From Hamiltosporidium tvaerminnensis FI-OER-3-3 (Eukaryota; Fungi; Microsporidia): 64,000 bases of DNA. A model generated the notes under the pieces. The model saw nothing but the letters and a program-made list of their open reading frames with translations. It was not told the origin of the DNA and did not search any database. Location of the stretch: positions 372,001-436,000 of the forward strand of contig CM061255.1 of NCBI GenBank assembly GCA_022605425.2, given 5' to 3'. Of this stretch, positions 1 through 13,445 are shown piece after piece. Numbering within the stretch: the stretch's first letter is position 1; each line of letters opens with the position of its first letter. Position numbers and translations under genes: made by a program.

Positions 1-1295
1 CAAACAGAAATTTATGCTTGATACTGATTTGAGATCCAAAAATTAAAATTTTAGAATTTTATAAATGATGCTTGTCTATCTATTTTAAACATTTGAATTA
101 TTAAATCTACCATTATTTTTTTGAGTAAATTATTATTGGCAAATATGCCTCTATATTTTGCTTTTTCTTTTCTGTGCAGTTATATTCATAATTCAAAACT
201 TAGCAAATATATTATTATAACGCTATAGAAAAATCTCAAATTTTAGTTAATGTTCAATAAATAAAGCCACTAGTATATTGTTTTATTCATCTCATAAAGT
301 TTTTTTGTTAAAATTTTTTATATATCCTTTAAAGTATTTTCGCGCATCGTCGTCTATCTTTTATTTGAACAAAGAGATGCTAGTTAAGAAATTTTTTCTA
401 TAATGTGTACATAAATTATGTTTTACAGCAATGTATGTCCATATATTTATTATTTTTTTTATTTATATGTTATCTAAGATTGACAAATATATTCTTTTTT
501 TTGAATTTATAATTCAAATGATTAAAAGGTTAAGATCCTTGGCCATTTTAATATTCTAAACATGAATACATTAATTCCGTGATTTATATATTTTTATAAA
601 TTTAAATTTTGATGTTATATATGGTATTTTAACAGATTTGGATATTTAATATGTAGTCTATTAGACCGTTATAATTTTCAATCTTTCTAGCATCTAGAAA
701 TTAATGGAAATATATATAATTCGTTAAAGTAAAAAATTATCGTTATTCGAACATTCCTTTAATTTTTTTATGAAAAACAATTTGTGAATATTAAAAAGTT
801 TGCGTTTCTGATAAAATAATATATAAAGGTAGGCAAAATATTACATTACAGTACATGTCTTAGTTTAAAAATATTGAAAACTTTGAAGCATATGAAAAAA
901 ATAATAGATATGATACTAAATTTTTCTCAATTAGAAATCTCGATGCTGTCTTTTAAAATAGTTTTTGCTTATATAAAGGAAGAAATGTATTTAAAAATCA
1001 AATTGGTAATGAGATATCCAAGCATACATAAAGACTCTAATCTTTAAAAAGTGATATTTTAAAACATATCTGGTATGTGTTCTTATAAGTAGAATTAGTG
1101 GAAATTATTTAAATGTCACACAAATAGATTATGTAAAAAAAGCAAATGCGTTTTTGCTTAGATCCTAATTTTGTAAGGTGATAAAATGTTTCTTTCGTTA
1201 TATTTATCCTATTTGAATTTTTTTTGAAATCATTTTTTTGTTTACTTTTTTTTTAGTTTTATTAGTTTTTAATCCTTTATATTTTTTTTGATGTT

Positions 1296-1599
1296 TGATC
1301 ACTCTTGGCGTTATCCAACGAGAACCACGTGGAGGTGGTGATCATCTCTCGTCATGAGTGCTTGCTAGCCTCATCCACTCGCGATCTTGTGGATTACAGC
1401 TGCAGCACCCAAGCACGTCGTCTTCATGCTAGATAGTACAGTAGGGCCACGTTGAAGCTTAGAGGCCTTCAGCTCTTCCGTGCCAGGACGTTGCTTAGCC
1501 CGTACCTTACCAGATATAGGCACGACAAGAGGTCCTGCAGATTCGTTCCTTTCGTACTAGCATCTGCTCCCTTAGTACCGTAGCAGTAGTGTAAAACTA

Positions 1600-1637
<38 letters not shown>

Positions 1638-1741
1638 TGTTAGTGGGTGAACAATCCAACACTAGGTGCCTTCTGCTGCACCATGATAGGAAGAGCCGAC
1701 ATCGAAGAATCAAAAAGCAGCGTCGCTATGGTCGCTCGGCT

Positions 1742-1773
<32 letters not shown>

Positions 1774-2049
1774 ACGTCACCCATTGCTAGATGCTCTGTA
1801 AGCAATGGGATCGCTAGGCCTGGGTTTCCCCTCGTATTACCGTGTAGTAATACGTCAGGGTGGCTTTTGCCCTTGGACTACACCCTCGGTTTCTCTCCGA
1901 AGTTAGCCACCCTTAGGCCATCTGCGTTGTAGTCTAGCAGATGTACCGCCCCAGTCAAACTCCCCATCTGACAAATACGGGTCGCTTGCACAGCTAGTGG
2001 TCTTTCAGTTGCCCCACCTTGCTACAGCTGCACAAGACCCCGGCGTCAC

Positions 2050-2086
<37 letters not shown>

Positions 2087-2183
2087 GCATAGCCAAGACC
2101 GTTCCCTTGGCTCGTGGGTTCGCAGGTTGTTAGTCGGGACAGTGGGAATCTCGTTGCTCCTTTCGTGCGCGTCACTAATTAGG

Positions 2184-2237
<54 letters not shown>

Positions 2238-3912
2238 CTGCGTATACAGCCCGACCTGTCTTAACAGCTGGGCACTGGGCAGAATTCACTTTGTGTCCAC
2301 GTACTACACCACCACAAAGCTATGTTTTTATTAAACAGTCGGATTCCCCGTAACTAAAAGTTCTAATTCCTTAGAGCTAATCCTTTTCCCGAGGTTACGG
2401 ATCTAATTTGCCGAATTCCCTAACTAACGTTTGTCCTATCGCTTCCGGTATACACCGTACGGAGCCCTGCTGCGGTCGGTACGGTCATCTAGGTCATAAA
2501 GGTATCTTTTCACGGATCCCAGCTAAGACAATTGCATATGCCTGTATTGCTCTGTACAACACGCTACATACAGTACTGCTACAAGGAATGGGTACCTCCT
2601 TGTTGTCGTGCCTAAGACGTAAACACCATATTTACTGTTGCCAAATACCTAGATGGCTCGGGAATATCAACCCGATTCCCTGTCGAGATCTCAGGACCGG
2701 CTAACCTTCTCCTTATTAAATCTTAGAAGAACCCTTCTCCTGAAGCCTTCGCGATTCACACACGAATTGTAACTACTACCACCAAGATCAGCACTAGTGT
2801 ATGCTCCACTTTACCTCACGGTAAACCTTCTGCACATACACCACGCCCATCTACCTATAAGTACTGCATCGGGTCTGGCCTTGTACCGTCCATTTTCGGC
2901 GCACATGAATTCGGTAGGTACGTTGCAACACGTTTCTTACCGGATGCCAACCTCCATGGCCACCGCCCTACTGTCACAATTCATCTACGGCCTTAAGAAA
3001 AACCAGATTAGGCCCCTTATCAGTACGTCAGGTTGATCCCTCTTCGCACGTCCTGCTTACCAGAACGCGCCCACTAGACACATATATAATCGCTATTCTT
3101 TAGTACAAGAATAACACGTACACGTTCGCAGTTCGTCGGTATGTGGAGATTGCTCCCCTTTCATCCCGCCGTTCCTCTACCGCATAATACTAAATAACTT
3201 GTGTCTGCTGTCCTGAGAGACATTTCGATGGGAACCAGCTACCCGGCTGTTCGATTGGTCTTTCGCCCCTACACCCAGCTCAAACCATCGATTTGCGCGT
3301 CAGAACAAGTTTAGGTCCTCCACCATCCTTTCGAATGGCTTCAACCTGGCCAGGTGTAGTTCACAGCCCTTCGGGTCGCATCCGAACAGCTATATCTGCT
3401 TTCGCTACGCTTAAAGGAAACCCCCCTTTAACTTGCTATGCAGATGCACTCCTTGGTCCGTGTTTCAAGACGGGTCCTGTTATCAGGATACTCAATACAA
3501 TTTCACGTCTTTGCACTTTTTAGCTTTTCACCTTTCCATCGCTGTACTATTACGCTATCGGTCTCCGCTCATATTTAGCCTTAGATGGAACCCACCACCT
3601 CTTCAGGCTGCATTACCAAGCAACCCTACTCTGCCCATTACTCGTCACTACGGGGCTATCACCCTCTATGGCTTACCTGTCCCGGTAATTCGTTACGACG
3701 ATCTTAACAATGCCCGGAGGCTTACATTCGGGGCTATTTCTTGTTCGCTCGCCGCTACTACAGAAATCCTAGTTAGTTTTTGTTCCTCCCCTTAATAATA
3801 TGCTTAAGTCCAGGGGGTAGTCAGGCATTTACAAATGCCGTTCGGCCTTAGTTCTCGGAAACTATTCCGGCCTTCCTCGGATACGGAGCCAAGTGATCCC
3901 TTGTATGAGTTT
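1296..3912 (-). rRNA. LSU rRNA with 5.8S-equivalent fused at its 5' end (microsporidian type)
   Basis: The reverse complement has the 5.8S-like start AAGGGATCACTTGGCTC running without an ITS2 into TACCCCCTGGACTTAAGCATAT. Universal LSU motifs are present (ACCCGTCTTGAAACACGGACC, GGTAGCCAAATGCCTCGTCA, ACAGGGATAACTGGCTTGTGGC, sarcin-ricin AGTACGAAAGGAAC). Ends are approximate. Confidence 0.95.
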
Positions 3913-3944
3913 AAAATGAAAAAACTACACATTAAAAGTACTAT
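3913..3944 (-). other. Single very short ITS (~33 nt)
   Basis: AT-rich spacer between the SSU 3' end (GGATCAG) and the 5.8S-like LSU start. Confidence 0.8.
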
Positions 3945-5248
3945 CACTGATCCTGCTGCAGGTTCTCCTACAGCAACCTTGTTACGACTTGTATCCAATC
4001 TAATCCTACGTCCTCAGAAGGAAAACCCTCTTCGAACATAGCACCATCTTAGATAACGACGGGCGGTGTGTACAAAGAACAGGGACGCAGTCGTCGCCCG
4101 TTAGTGACACGCGACTACTAGGAATTCCTGGTTCATGCGTCCATTACAGAACGCAATCCCAACCGAGTTATCCTTTATCTTTACAATATACCTCTAGAAA
4201 TAACATTGTAGTGCGCGTGCAGCCCAGAACATCTAAGGGCATCACAGACCTGTTATAGCCCCCTCCTTCCTGAAACTTATAGTCCCCAGTCGCCGTAGCT
4301 GAGGGTCTCACACATTACAGCAATAAACCTAAAAGTCACCTCACATGTTGTGAACGGCCATGCACCACTTAGTCGTACTCATCAAAGATTCGTCATACAA
4401 CTGGCCCTGGTAAGTTGTCCCGCGTTGAGTCAAATTAAGCCGCACACTCCACTCCTGGTGGTGTCCTTCCGTCAATTTCTTCAAGTTTCAATCTTGCGAT
4501 CGTACTATCCCCATAGCCCATATACTTGATTTCTCGTGGGTACCACTACGTAACACCCAGTTGGCATAGTTTACGGCCGGAACTACAGGGGTCTCTAATC
4601 ACCTTTGCTCCTCCGGCTTACGTCCTTGATCACCGGAAACGTACTGGACGACAGCTTTCGCTTCGGTTTGTCCTACGTAGGTCGTCAACTTTCACCTCTC
4701 GCTACGCAATACAGTCGCCCTCTTCCGCTCCTACATGCTAACCTAGAATGCCAATACACTCCATGAAGAAAGTGTCTTCTAGCATCCCTGTCAACACTGA
4801 CTACGGACCTTTTAAATGCAGCAATGCACTATGACACTCCTGGAGCTGGAATTACCGCGGCTGCTGGCACCAGACTTGCCCTCCAGTCAATCACCGGTAT
4901 TCTACCCCGGTTACAAAATATACGTCTCATAACTGCCTCTCTCCAATTGGGCAAGTTTCGCGCCTGCTGCTGTCCTTAGACCTGGTAGCCGTTTCTCAGG
5001 CTCCCTCTCCGGAATCAAACCCTGATCCCCCGTACCCGTTAAAGCCATCGTACGCCCTTACCGTACGATAAAACTGATGGGTCGGCGTCTTACTCGTGTT
5101 ATTAGCCACAGTTTCCCGCGGTTATCCTTCCTACACGATTAAATAATCACCGTTCTACTGAGCCGTTCGCAGTTCCACTTTCGCTTCACCAGACTTGCAT
5201 GGCTTAATCCCAGAGACAAGCATCCTCGTCAGGCAGAATCAACCTGTT
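3945..5248 (-). rRNA. SSU rRNA (~1.3 kb, reduced microsporidian type)
   Basis: The reverse complement starts CAGGTTGATTCTGCCTGAC, contains GTGCCAGCAGCCGCGGTAA and GTACACACCGCCCGTC, and ends AAGTCGTAACAAGGTTGCTGTAGGAGAACCTGCAGCAGGATCA. Confidence 0.97.
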
Positions 5249-7966
5249 GCACAAATATACCATTACACGTCACATCCAAATCACACACAATTGACTCGTT
5301 GAGTCCATAACTTAATCCCGATGAATAAAGCAGCACAAGAAACCAAAGTAACAACGGAAAACCTCCAAAATCTGCATCAGAGCAGTAACCATATGTAACA
5401 CCAATTTGTTACTTGAACATGTCAAAGTAACTAGAACACCATATCGATTTGATCATTGATCTAAATCACGTGAATTAACAACTAAGTTAATGATTCGAAA
5501 GTACGTTTGTAGATCAATTTGATTAGATCAACTTGATTTCTACGGTTACATGCAATTGTAATTTCTGGTTGATTTGTCTCATTCTTAGTGTTTTCTATTG
5601 ACATTTTAATTCTCATATGATTTGGGGTAAACAGTTCTATAAATAACATCCTTTATATACGAAAAAAATAATTTTCACAGTAATTTTAACACCAAATCAA
5701 TTTTTTTAAAAATATTTAGAGAATATAACACCAATAAAAAATAAAATCAATCAATCAACTTATTTCTAATATAAAGAATTCTAAATATGTTAAATTATTT
5801 CAAATTTCTTTTCTTACCCATTCTCTACTAACGAATCATATATCTAAAAAAGAAAAAATACTAAACATCAAATTTTTCTTTGTGTATATAAATATCACAT
5901 TCGTTAATATTTAACTCCAAGAAGATGTTCTATTTAAAAAAATTGTTTTTCTATTTCCAGGTTTTTCCTTCGAACATACAACGGTTAAGAATTTTTTTAT
6001 AAATTAAAAAAGTATTTTATCATGTCAAAAATATCAAAAGATCTTTTTTTAATCAAATTTATTTAGAATGATATTGATATATCATAAATATTAAAAAAAT
6101 GTTTTTTTCTAAACAATATAATGATCTTGTTCAAATTTCGGCATTTGCATTGATTTTAGTCGCTTAAATAATTAAGATCTATATTGCTATATTAATACAG
6201 TTTCTAACATCTTCCTAGGGTCTATTCTAGAAACCTTTAAACACTGTTTCTACAAATAATTTTAAGAAATTCATTAAAATTGCTATTGTTTTTACATCAT
6301 AAAAAATAAACTACCTTAAAATTTTCAATATTGAAGAAATCTTTTTTGTAAAATATCTTTTAAACATTTAATTGGTACTTTTACTCTCGTTACGTTAGCT
6401 TTCAAACAAACTTTTACTTCTTATACAATTCATTTTTCTAATATTAAAACAAATGCGTTTTTTTTATTGCTTTGAATATATATATTTATATTTTATGGTT
6501 TTGGAAAATACGAAAACCAAATGATACATTATAGGCGAATATGTTGATTTTATTTCTGTTTATCTCTAATATTTTTTCTTCTGTGACTAACTTTTTCTAT
6601 TCTTTTGAATTTATTATCGAAGGTCACCTTTACATTTTCGGAAAGGCTTCTAGTTAGATTTGAAATTTTTAATTTGTTTTTTTATTATCAGATTATTTCT
6701 ATTTTGATCTTTTCAAAGCATATAACTCTAAATTTTTATAATAAATTGTTCGAAAGAATATTATATATTTGGTTTCGATTTGTTTAAAATTATTAAATTT
6801 TTTACTTTCTTTGGTGCATGCAAATCGATATTTATACTGCCGTTTCAATCTTTTTGTTTATACTAGATATTATTGTTAATTGATTAGAATATAAAACCTA
6901 ACTCTATAAAGAACTATCTTTACATAGATTTTTTTAGATAAAAGATTGTAATAAGTATGTCATACAAGAGTATAATATAAAATCGGTGTGATCACGTTGA
7001 CTAAATACACCAATGCTTTTATATCAATTTAAAAAATGCAATTGCTTAATACTATTAATTCAAAGATTCAAAAAAATAAATTTATTTTAGGTTGTTTATA
7101 GAGTAACCATTGCTATGAACATTAGTGAAATTTATTTGTGTAAATTTTTTATAAGTTAAGTGTAAAAGCAACGCATTTTTAATTTACTGCTATGTTTTTA
7201 TATTATGTTTTCACGCCTAATACAGAATCAGCAATCTTCTAAATTTACAACAAATAATCAATTACAATTTTCTTTATTTAATAAATTCTGGTTAAAATTT
7301 TTGTAGATGTTTATAAATTTCCTTCTACCTCTTTAACAACCATTATTTCTTCTTCTAATCGATTACAATCACAATTTTGGCAAATATTACTTTATTTCTA
7401 AACTAGAAATATTCTAAACTAGGCTGATTGTTATAGTTTTTTCAAATGAAGATAATACAAGCTCATGATGTTTATGATAGATTAAATTTGATATAATTTT
7501 TTTGTAAAGGTTATACATTAGGATTGCCACAAAAATTTAATCACTATTTTTTTAGAATTAATTTACACAAATAAAACAGATTTGAATCAGTTCCAATGAT
7601 GTAAAAATTAAAGGTAGAACTTTATTAGAAGTGCGAAGGAAAATATCATTACGATAATCAGCAAAGTAAAAAAATATAGCATTTAGCAAGTATATGCAAA
7701 ATTGCTTAAAGATGAATAAATATGACTGCATAAGGCAGTTGTTAGAAGTCTATACTTATTATTCTGGAATGTAAAGAAGTTCCGGTCTTAAAAAATAAAT
7801 TGGGAATCACTCGGTTCGAGAATTTCTCGATACATAAGTGTGTGGATTAAAATTGGATATCAAGAAACAAGTTTATGTTAACCTGTAGAACAATGAATCT
7901 TATAAATTTATTTTAGATCGAGCAAAAATAAAATTTCACTTTTTAAAGTAAAAGAATTATGAAAAA

Positions 7967-8155
7967 TTTGTACTTTAAATAGTTCGAACTAAAATAATAT
8001 AAACATTTGTACTTTAAATAGTTCGAACTAAAAATAATATAAACATTTGTACTTTAAATAGTTCGAACTAAAAATAATATAAACATTTGTACTTTAAATA
8101 GTTCGAACTAAAATAATATAAACATTTGTACTTTAAATAGTTCGAACTAAAAATA
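7967..8155. repeat. 39-40 bp minisatellite, ~5 copies, each with the palindrome TAGTTCGAACTA
   Basis: The unit TTTGTACTTTAAATAGTTCGAACTAAAA(A)TAATATAAACA is read directly. Confidence 0.95.
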
Positions 8156-9779
8156 AACTAAAGAAGTAAGGAGTATTTTGATCAAATAAATCTTATTTAT
8201 AGGTTTGGAGTTCGATAATTTCTTATCCGAAAATTTGCGACAGCCTGAGCAAAATATTATTAGATAAATCTTAAAGCTTAATTACCCATAAATATAATAC
8301 ATAAAAATAATCACTATATTATTTAAAGAACGTCGAAATAATTTATTTTGATCGATACGTATGTCTTATATTAGTTTAAATTATTAAAGTGCTAAGATGA
8401 AACATAAATGAAGCTTATGCATGTACTTTAAAGACATTAAAAACCAATATTTCATTCCTGAGAACCAAGAAACAAAGAAGATTTTGGGAAATAGGTAAAA
8501 TAGCCTAACGTTGGTTTTAACTGCAGTGACCATTCGAAAAAATCCTTTCAAAAAACATAGAAGGTGAGTCGGGTTTAGAAGACAAAAATAATGTGTAAAA
8601 GTATTAAAAGAAAAAATTTAAATTTTAGATAGATACTTTTGAAAAAAAATTTTAGTTAATTAAAGTTTTTAAATCTATCAAGTTCAAATATTTTCTACAG
8701 TGGTATTAAAATTTTCATTTACGTATATTTTAATCAATACTTCAGAGTTTGCAGTCAATGGAATGGAAATGTCTAATATCATCAAGAATGTTAATAAATA
8801 AAGATTGTATTTATTTTAAACAGTAAACATACATATATATTGTATGAGCCTTGGAAGATTGAAGTCTTTAAGTTCTAACAAAATTAAAAAAACTTGCGAG
8901 ATATTCTTTTTAGGAATAAAAATATCCATTAATGAATTATTTATTACTAAAAGTTGGCGGATGGCAAATAAATACAATTTTAGATGGCTTTATTTTTTAA
9001 ACAATATATTCAAACTTTCATTGAACACGAATGATATCGTATCACTTATATTTTTATAATTTTCCGGAGTTCTAAAGATCTAATGTGTAAATATAACAAG
9101 AATAAGAACCTATACATTATCTTATAAAATGGTTAAACTAATGGTTAAGAAAAATTTCTTATGATATTAATTACTTTTTGAATAAATAAATTGGAATTTA
9201 TTTATAAAACATATATTTTACGATCTAATTAAAGATCTTCTGAATTGCAAGAAAATATCGTGCGTAAAATAATTGAAAATAAAATTTCATTTTGAGATAC
9301 TTTGCTGTAGAATATACTAGATTTAATTTTTGAGGGTTTTAAAATGTATTTTAGCCTCCATCATATTACGGTAAAGATATAGAGTTAATGTAACTACAAG
9401 ACAATCAAATGTCTGATAAAAAAATTATTCCATTTTGAAATAGGATTAGTAACAAAAATTATTTTATTTAAGCGTTTAAAACATATTTGTCTATTTAATT
9501 CAAAACAGTTGTAATCAAATATATCTCTAATGTTTTTATATAAAACTATTATAATCAATTAAAGTAGGGTAATCTAAATTTCTAACTAGAGTTCTTCTGG
9601 TTTCTTTAGCAATTATATAAGTTAAAATATTTATTCAAAGTATTAAATAAGAATCAACTGCGGTGCAAGCAATGGTTTTGAATTTACATAGATGATGTTA
9701 CACATATAAAATCATAATAGTATTCAACTAATATTCATATGAAGTTTCAGTTATGTTATTCTTAGTGCGAACGTGGCAT

Positions 9780-10070
9780 ATTTTTTACTAAAAAACGCAG
9801 CACTTTAGGATCTTGAAGAACTAAGTTTTGTTTAAATTTATTCTTCGTTTTTCCCTACTGCGCGTTGTATTTCCCCTTTGCCACACAATGAGTTATTAGA
9901 TACTTTACCATATTATTTAGACATCTTTTTCGATGTTAACCTCGTCTTCTCTTACTTTCAGATACATATCTGGTAATTTTACTAAATATATTCCTTTTGA
10001 AATTATTTTTCACGGGTCTAGATTATTAATTCTCCGCTGTTTTTTTCACGGTGACCGAACTGGCATACTT
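9780..10070 (-). mobile_element. Degenerate 3' fragment of an RTE-type non-LTR retrotransposon
   Basis: Minus-strand translation fragments FGHREK and SKRRRG*HRKRCLNNMVKYL resemble the RTE C-terminal W.GH..R / KR.RGRP..RW.D....DL motifs. Confidence 0.5.
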
Positions 10071-10400
10071 TTACAAAAACTAAAAAAATATAATTTATTT
10101 TTTTTAATTTATTCAATATGAATAGCATAACTAACAAAAAAAGAGGTCATCTATAAAACATATGGTATTGAATATCTTATCGAAATACACTGAAGACTTG
10201 TATATAAGATCAAAATAAGAGACTTAAGGGGTGAATTCACATATAATAAAATGAAAATACGCTATTGTTATTTATAAGTATAAAAAAAAATTATGATTCT
10301 TTGAATAAAGATCGTTTTCTTTAACTTAATCCCTAAGAATTTATTTACAGAATGTAAAAACAGAAATATTTCTGTAAAAAATATGTTTTTTTATTAAAAA

Positions 10401-11118
10401 CTTAGGAGAAGGATAATAACCATAAAAAAACTTTCTGCTTGGCAAAAAACAGATGATTTAATATATGAAATGATTGTTTGGGTTTTTGGTGGTAATAAAG
10501 CCACACTAAATTTTTGGTTGGTTCATCAGAGTTATTAAGAGAAAGAGGAAATCTAATAATCTTGAACCCTTTTTTACAAATTTATTTTGCAGTTTTTTAT
10601 GTAACTAAGTTAGAACTCAAGCTTATGCTTGTATGTAATTTCATCGAAAAGCAAGAGATACTAGACTTATCCGGATTAGAATACTTAAGGTCTGGGAGGT
10701 ATAAAATTAAAATTATTTGATGCCAAGAGTTAAGTAGCGATAATATCTGTTGGTATGACATTACACTTTCTAGGTGGTCAGATGTAAGTCTCTGAAATAT
10801 ATCTTAGCTAGAAATTTTTTGGGTTCGGAAATTGTAAGAAGATGAAATTCTGCATAGTCTTGGGAAGCTCAGGGTTGATTTCAACCTAGGTAACACTCCA
10901 TGAAACGAACATGAACGAACTGTGGAACTGCCTCGCATATTAATTAGGTTCTACACATCTTTTAGATGAAAAGGTTTGAGATATAAGTATCGTAGGATGT
11001 ACCGACAGTGTGATATTTTAGCAGTTATTTATCTAAATTTAGAACTGCGTAAATGCCATGAAAACAATCTAACATTTGTCACTGTTTTTTAAAAATATCT
11101 GCTATTTTTGAATAAAAG
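10401..11118 (+). mobile_element. 730-nt non-coding retroposon family, copy A (diverged)
   Basis: Colinear with copy H (AAAACTTTCTGCTTGGCAA ... CTCTGAAATATATCTTAGCTAGAA ... GAATAAAAGT). TSD TTTATTAAAAA at 10390-10400 and 11119-11129. Confidence 0.85.
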
Positions 11119-11799
11119 TTTATTAAAAAATTAGTCTGTTAATATTAAATTACTTTTAAATTGTTCAAGTAATATCATGGCAGTATGATGTTTAAGTTTT
11201 AAAAAAAGGATTACATCACTTGGAATTTAAAATTTTCTAATCCTACACATTTAATGATTTAACAATACTTTCTAAAAACTTGATTCAATTAATATAATTG
11301 TAAGAAACCCGTTCGAAATCGAATGACCTAATATAGTTAGTTTAAAAAATAAACGAGGGTACTGCTTTAAAAGATTAGAAAAATACAATATAATTTCAAA
11401 TCAACTTCGTAATTTAAATCTTTAAAACAGCGTAAAATTGTTTAGATTGGATATAAAATTGTATATTTGTGCTATTTATTGTCTACCATTAAAAATTTCT
11501 GATTATAGTTTATAGATTTTCATGATTTTGTTTTTTGTATTCTAATATCTATAAAAAGTTATTCAGTGATTTGAAGCAAAAATTGTATCTTTGCTGCTAT
11601 ACTATAAATTTAAGAGCAGATTTATGAAATCCTATTAATCTTAAAAACGTAAACTTCAAATATAAAGAGGTTTATATGTGGTACATTCTTAAGATTTTAT
11701 ACATTTTTTATTAAACAATTATCGGTTTTACTCCAAACTTTGAGGTTACATTATTCGAATTTTATATTAAAATAAAATAATTATTGAACTTTTCACCCC

Positions 11800-12957
11800 A
11801 TGGATTCAGAACAAAAAATAACACCATGGGAAGTGACAGGTGAAATCGTTGAAGGAAAAAACATGGCAGTTGACTACGAAAAAATAATTAAAAATTTTGG
11901 ATGTCAAAAAATTGACGAAGCTATTCTTAAAAGAATAGAAAAAATTATTAAGAAACCTGTTCATCATTTATTGAGACGTTTGTTGGTTTTTGCACATCGA
12001 GATTTTAATAAAATATTGGATTTGGTTGAAACGAACAAAAAATTTTATCTTTACACAGGTAGAGGTCCTAGCAGTCAAAGTATGCATCTAGGACACGCTG
12101 TTCCATTTCTTTTTTGTAAATATCTTCAAGACATATTTGATGTACATCTTGTAATTCAAATAACAGATGATGAAAAATATTTATGGAAGGATTTATCATT
12201 AGAAGATTCAATTAAATTCGGAAAGGAAAATATGAAAGATATTATCGCATTTGGATTTAATCCACAAAAAACTTTTATTTTTTCAAATATAGAATATTCA
12301 TATAAATTTATTAAAAATTCGTTACGAATTTCTAAGCATATTAATCTCAATGAGGCTACAAAGGTGTTTGGATTTGATTCTACCTCTAATATTGGTCAGA
12401 TAGAGTTCCCTTCTAAAGAAATAGCACCCTGTTTCTCTTCTTCATTTGATTTTTTGGAAAAAAATATGATGTGTCTTATACCGGCTGCAATAGATCAAGA
12501 TCCTTATTTTAGATTAGCCAGAGACAAAGCTGGTATATTAAAAGAGCCTAAACCAGCAACTCTTTATTCAGGATTCCTTCCTGATTTAAAAGGATTGAAT
12601 ACCAAAATGTCAGCAAGTGATACTAAGAGTTCGATATATCTAACGGATTCCGATTCGGTTATAAAAAATAAAATCAATAAATATGCATTTTCAGGGGGAA
12701 AGGATACGTTAGAAGAGCATAGAAAATATGGTGGAAATATTGATGTTGATGTTCCTTTTCATTATTTAAAATATTTTGAAGAAAATGACGAAGAATTAGA
12801 AAAATACAGAACAGGTTACCTTGATGGAAGTATTTCTACTGGAGAAATGAAAAAAAAATGTATTCAACTTTTACAAAAGTTCATATCAAATTACAGAAAA
12901 GCAAGAGAAAATTTAACAGATGAAATAATTGATAAATTTACTGCTTTTTCAAAATAA
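11800..12957 (+). CDS. WRS1: Tryptophanyl-tRNA synthetase, cytoplasmic
   Basis: YLYTGRGPSS, the HIGH-like HLGH, AIDQDPYFR and the KMSAS signature; CACCCC immediately before the ATG. Confidence 0.97.
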   Translation: MDSEQKITPWEVTGEIVEGKNMAVDYEKIIKNFGCQKIDEAILKRIEKIIKKPVHHLLRRLLVFAHRDFNKILDLVETNKKFYLYTGRGPSSQSMHLGHAVPFLFCKYLQDIFDVHLVIQITDDEKYLWKDLSLEDSIKFGKENMKDIIAFGFNPQKTFIFSNIEYSYKFIKNSLRISKHINLNEATKVFGFDSTSNIGQIEFPSKEIAPCFSSSFDFLEKNMMCLIPAAIDQDPYFRLARDKAGILKEPKPATLYSGFLPDLKGLNTKMSASDTKSSIYLTDSDSVIKNKINKYAFSGGKDTLEEHRKYGGNIDVDVPFHYLKYFEENDEELEKYRTGYLDGSISTGEMKKKCIQLLQKFISNYRKARENLTDEIIDKFTAFSK

Positions 12958-13445
12958 ATTATTTAATTTTTTGCAAAAAAATCTATTTTATCTCCCAAAA
13001 AACCTTTATAAACCGCTTCTCTATATCTAAAAAGTTAAGATTTCAACACATAATTTTTAAGTTTCTACATTCAAAAATATTTTTTTTTCATTGAATTGTG
13101 TTTTTGTCATTACGACTTTATAACAAATTAGCAATAAATTTTCTTTAAATATTTTATATTCACATTCAAGTCATACATAATATTTTCTGGCTGATTTGAA
13201 CAATAGAAAGTATTTATATGATGCAACAATAATTTCTAACATTAAATAGAAATTCTAAATGCATGAAGTTTGTTTGTTTAAAATTGTGATTTTTTTAAAT
13301 GAATTTTTAATTTGTATTTTCTTCAAGAATTTATATTTATAACTATTTAAAAAATTTCAAACTCATTTTTTGCAGTTTTAATTGTTAAGCCGTTATAATA
13401 AATAAGTCAAGTGCACAATTAGATTTTTACCCTTTTTATTTAAAA

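Noticed and set aside
2408-4741. Seven short ORFs within 2408-4741
   Set aside because: They lie inside the rRNA genes and are chance ORFs of GC-richer sequence.
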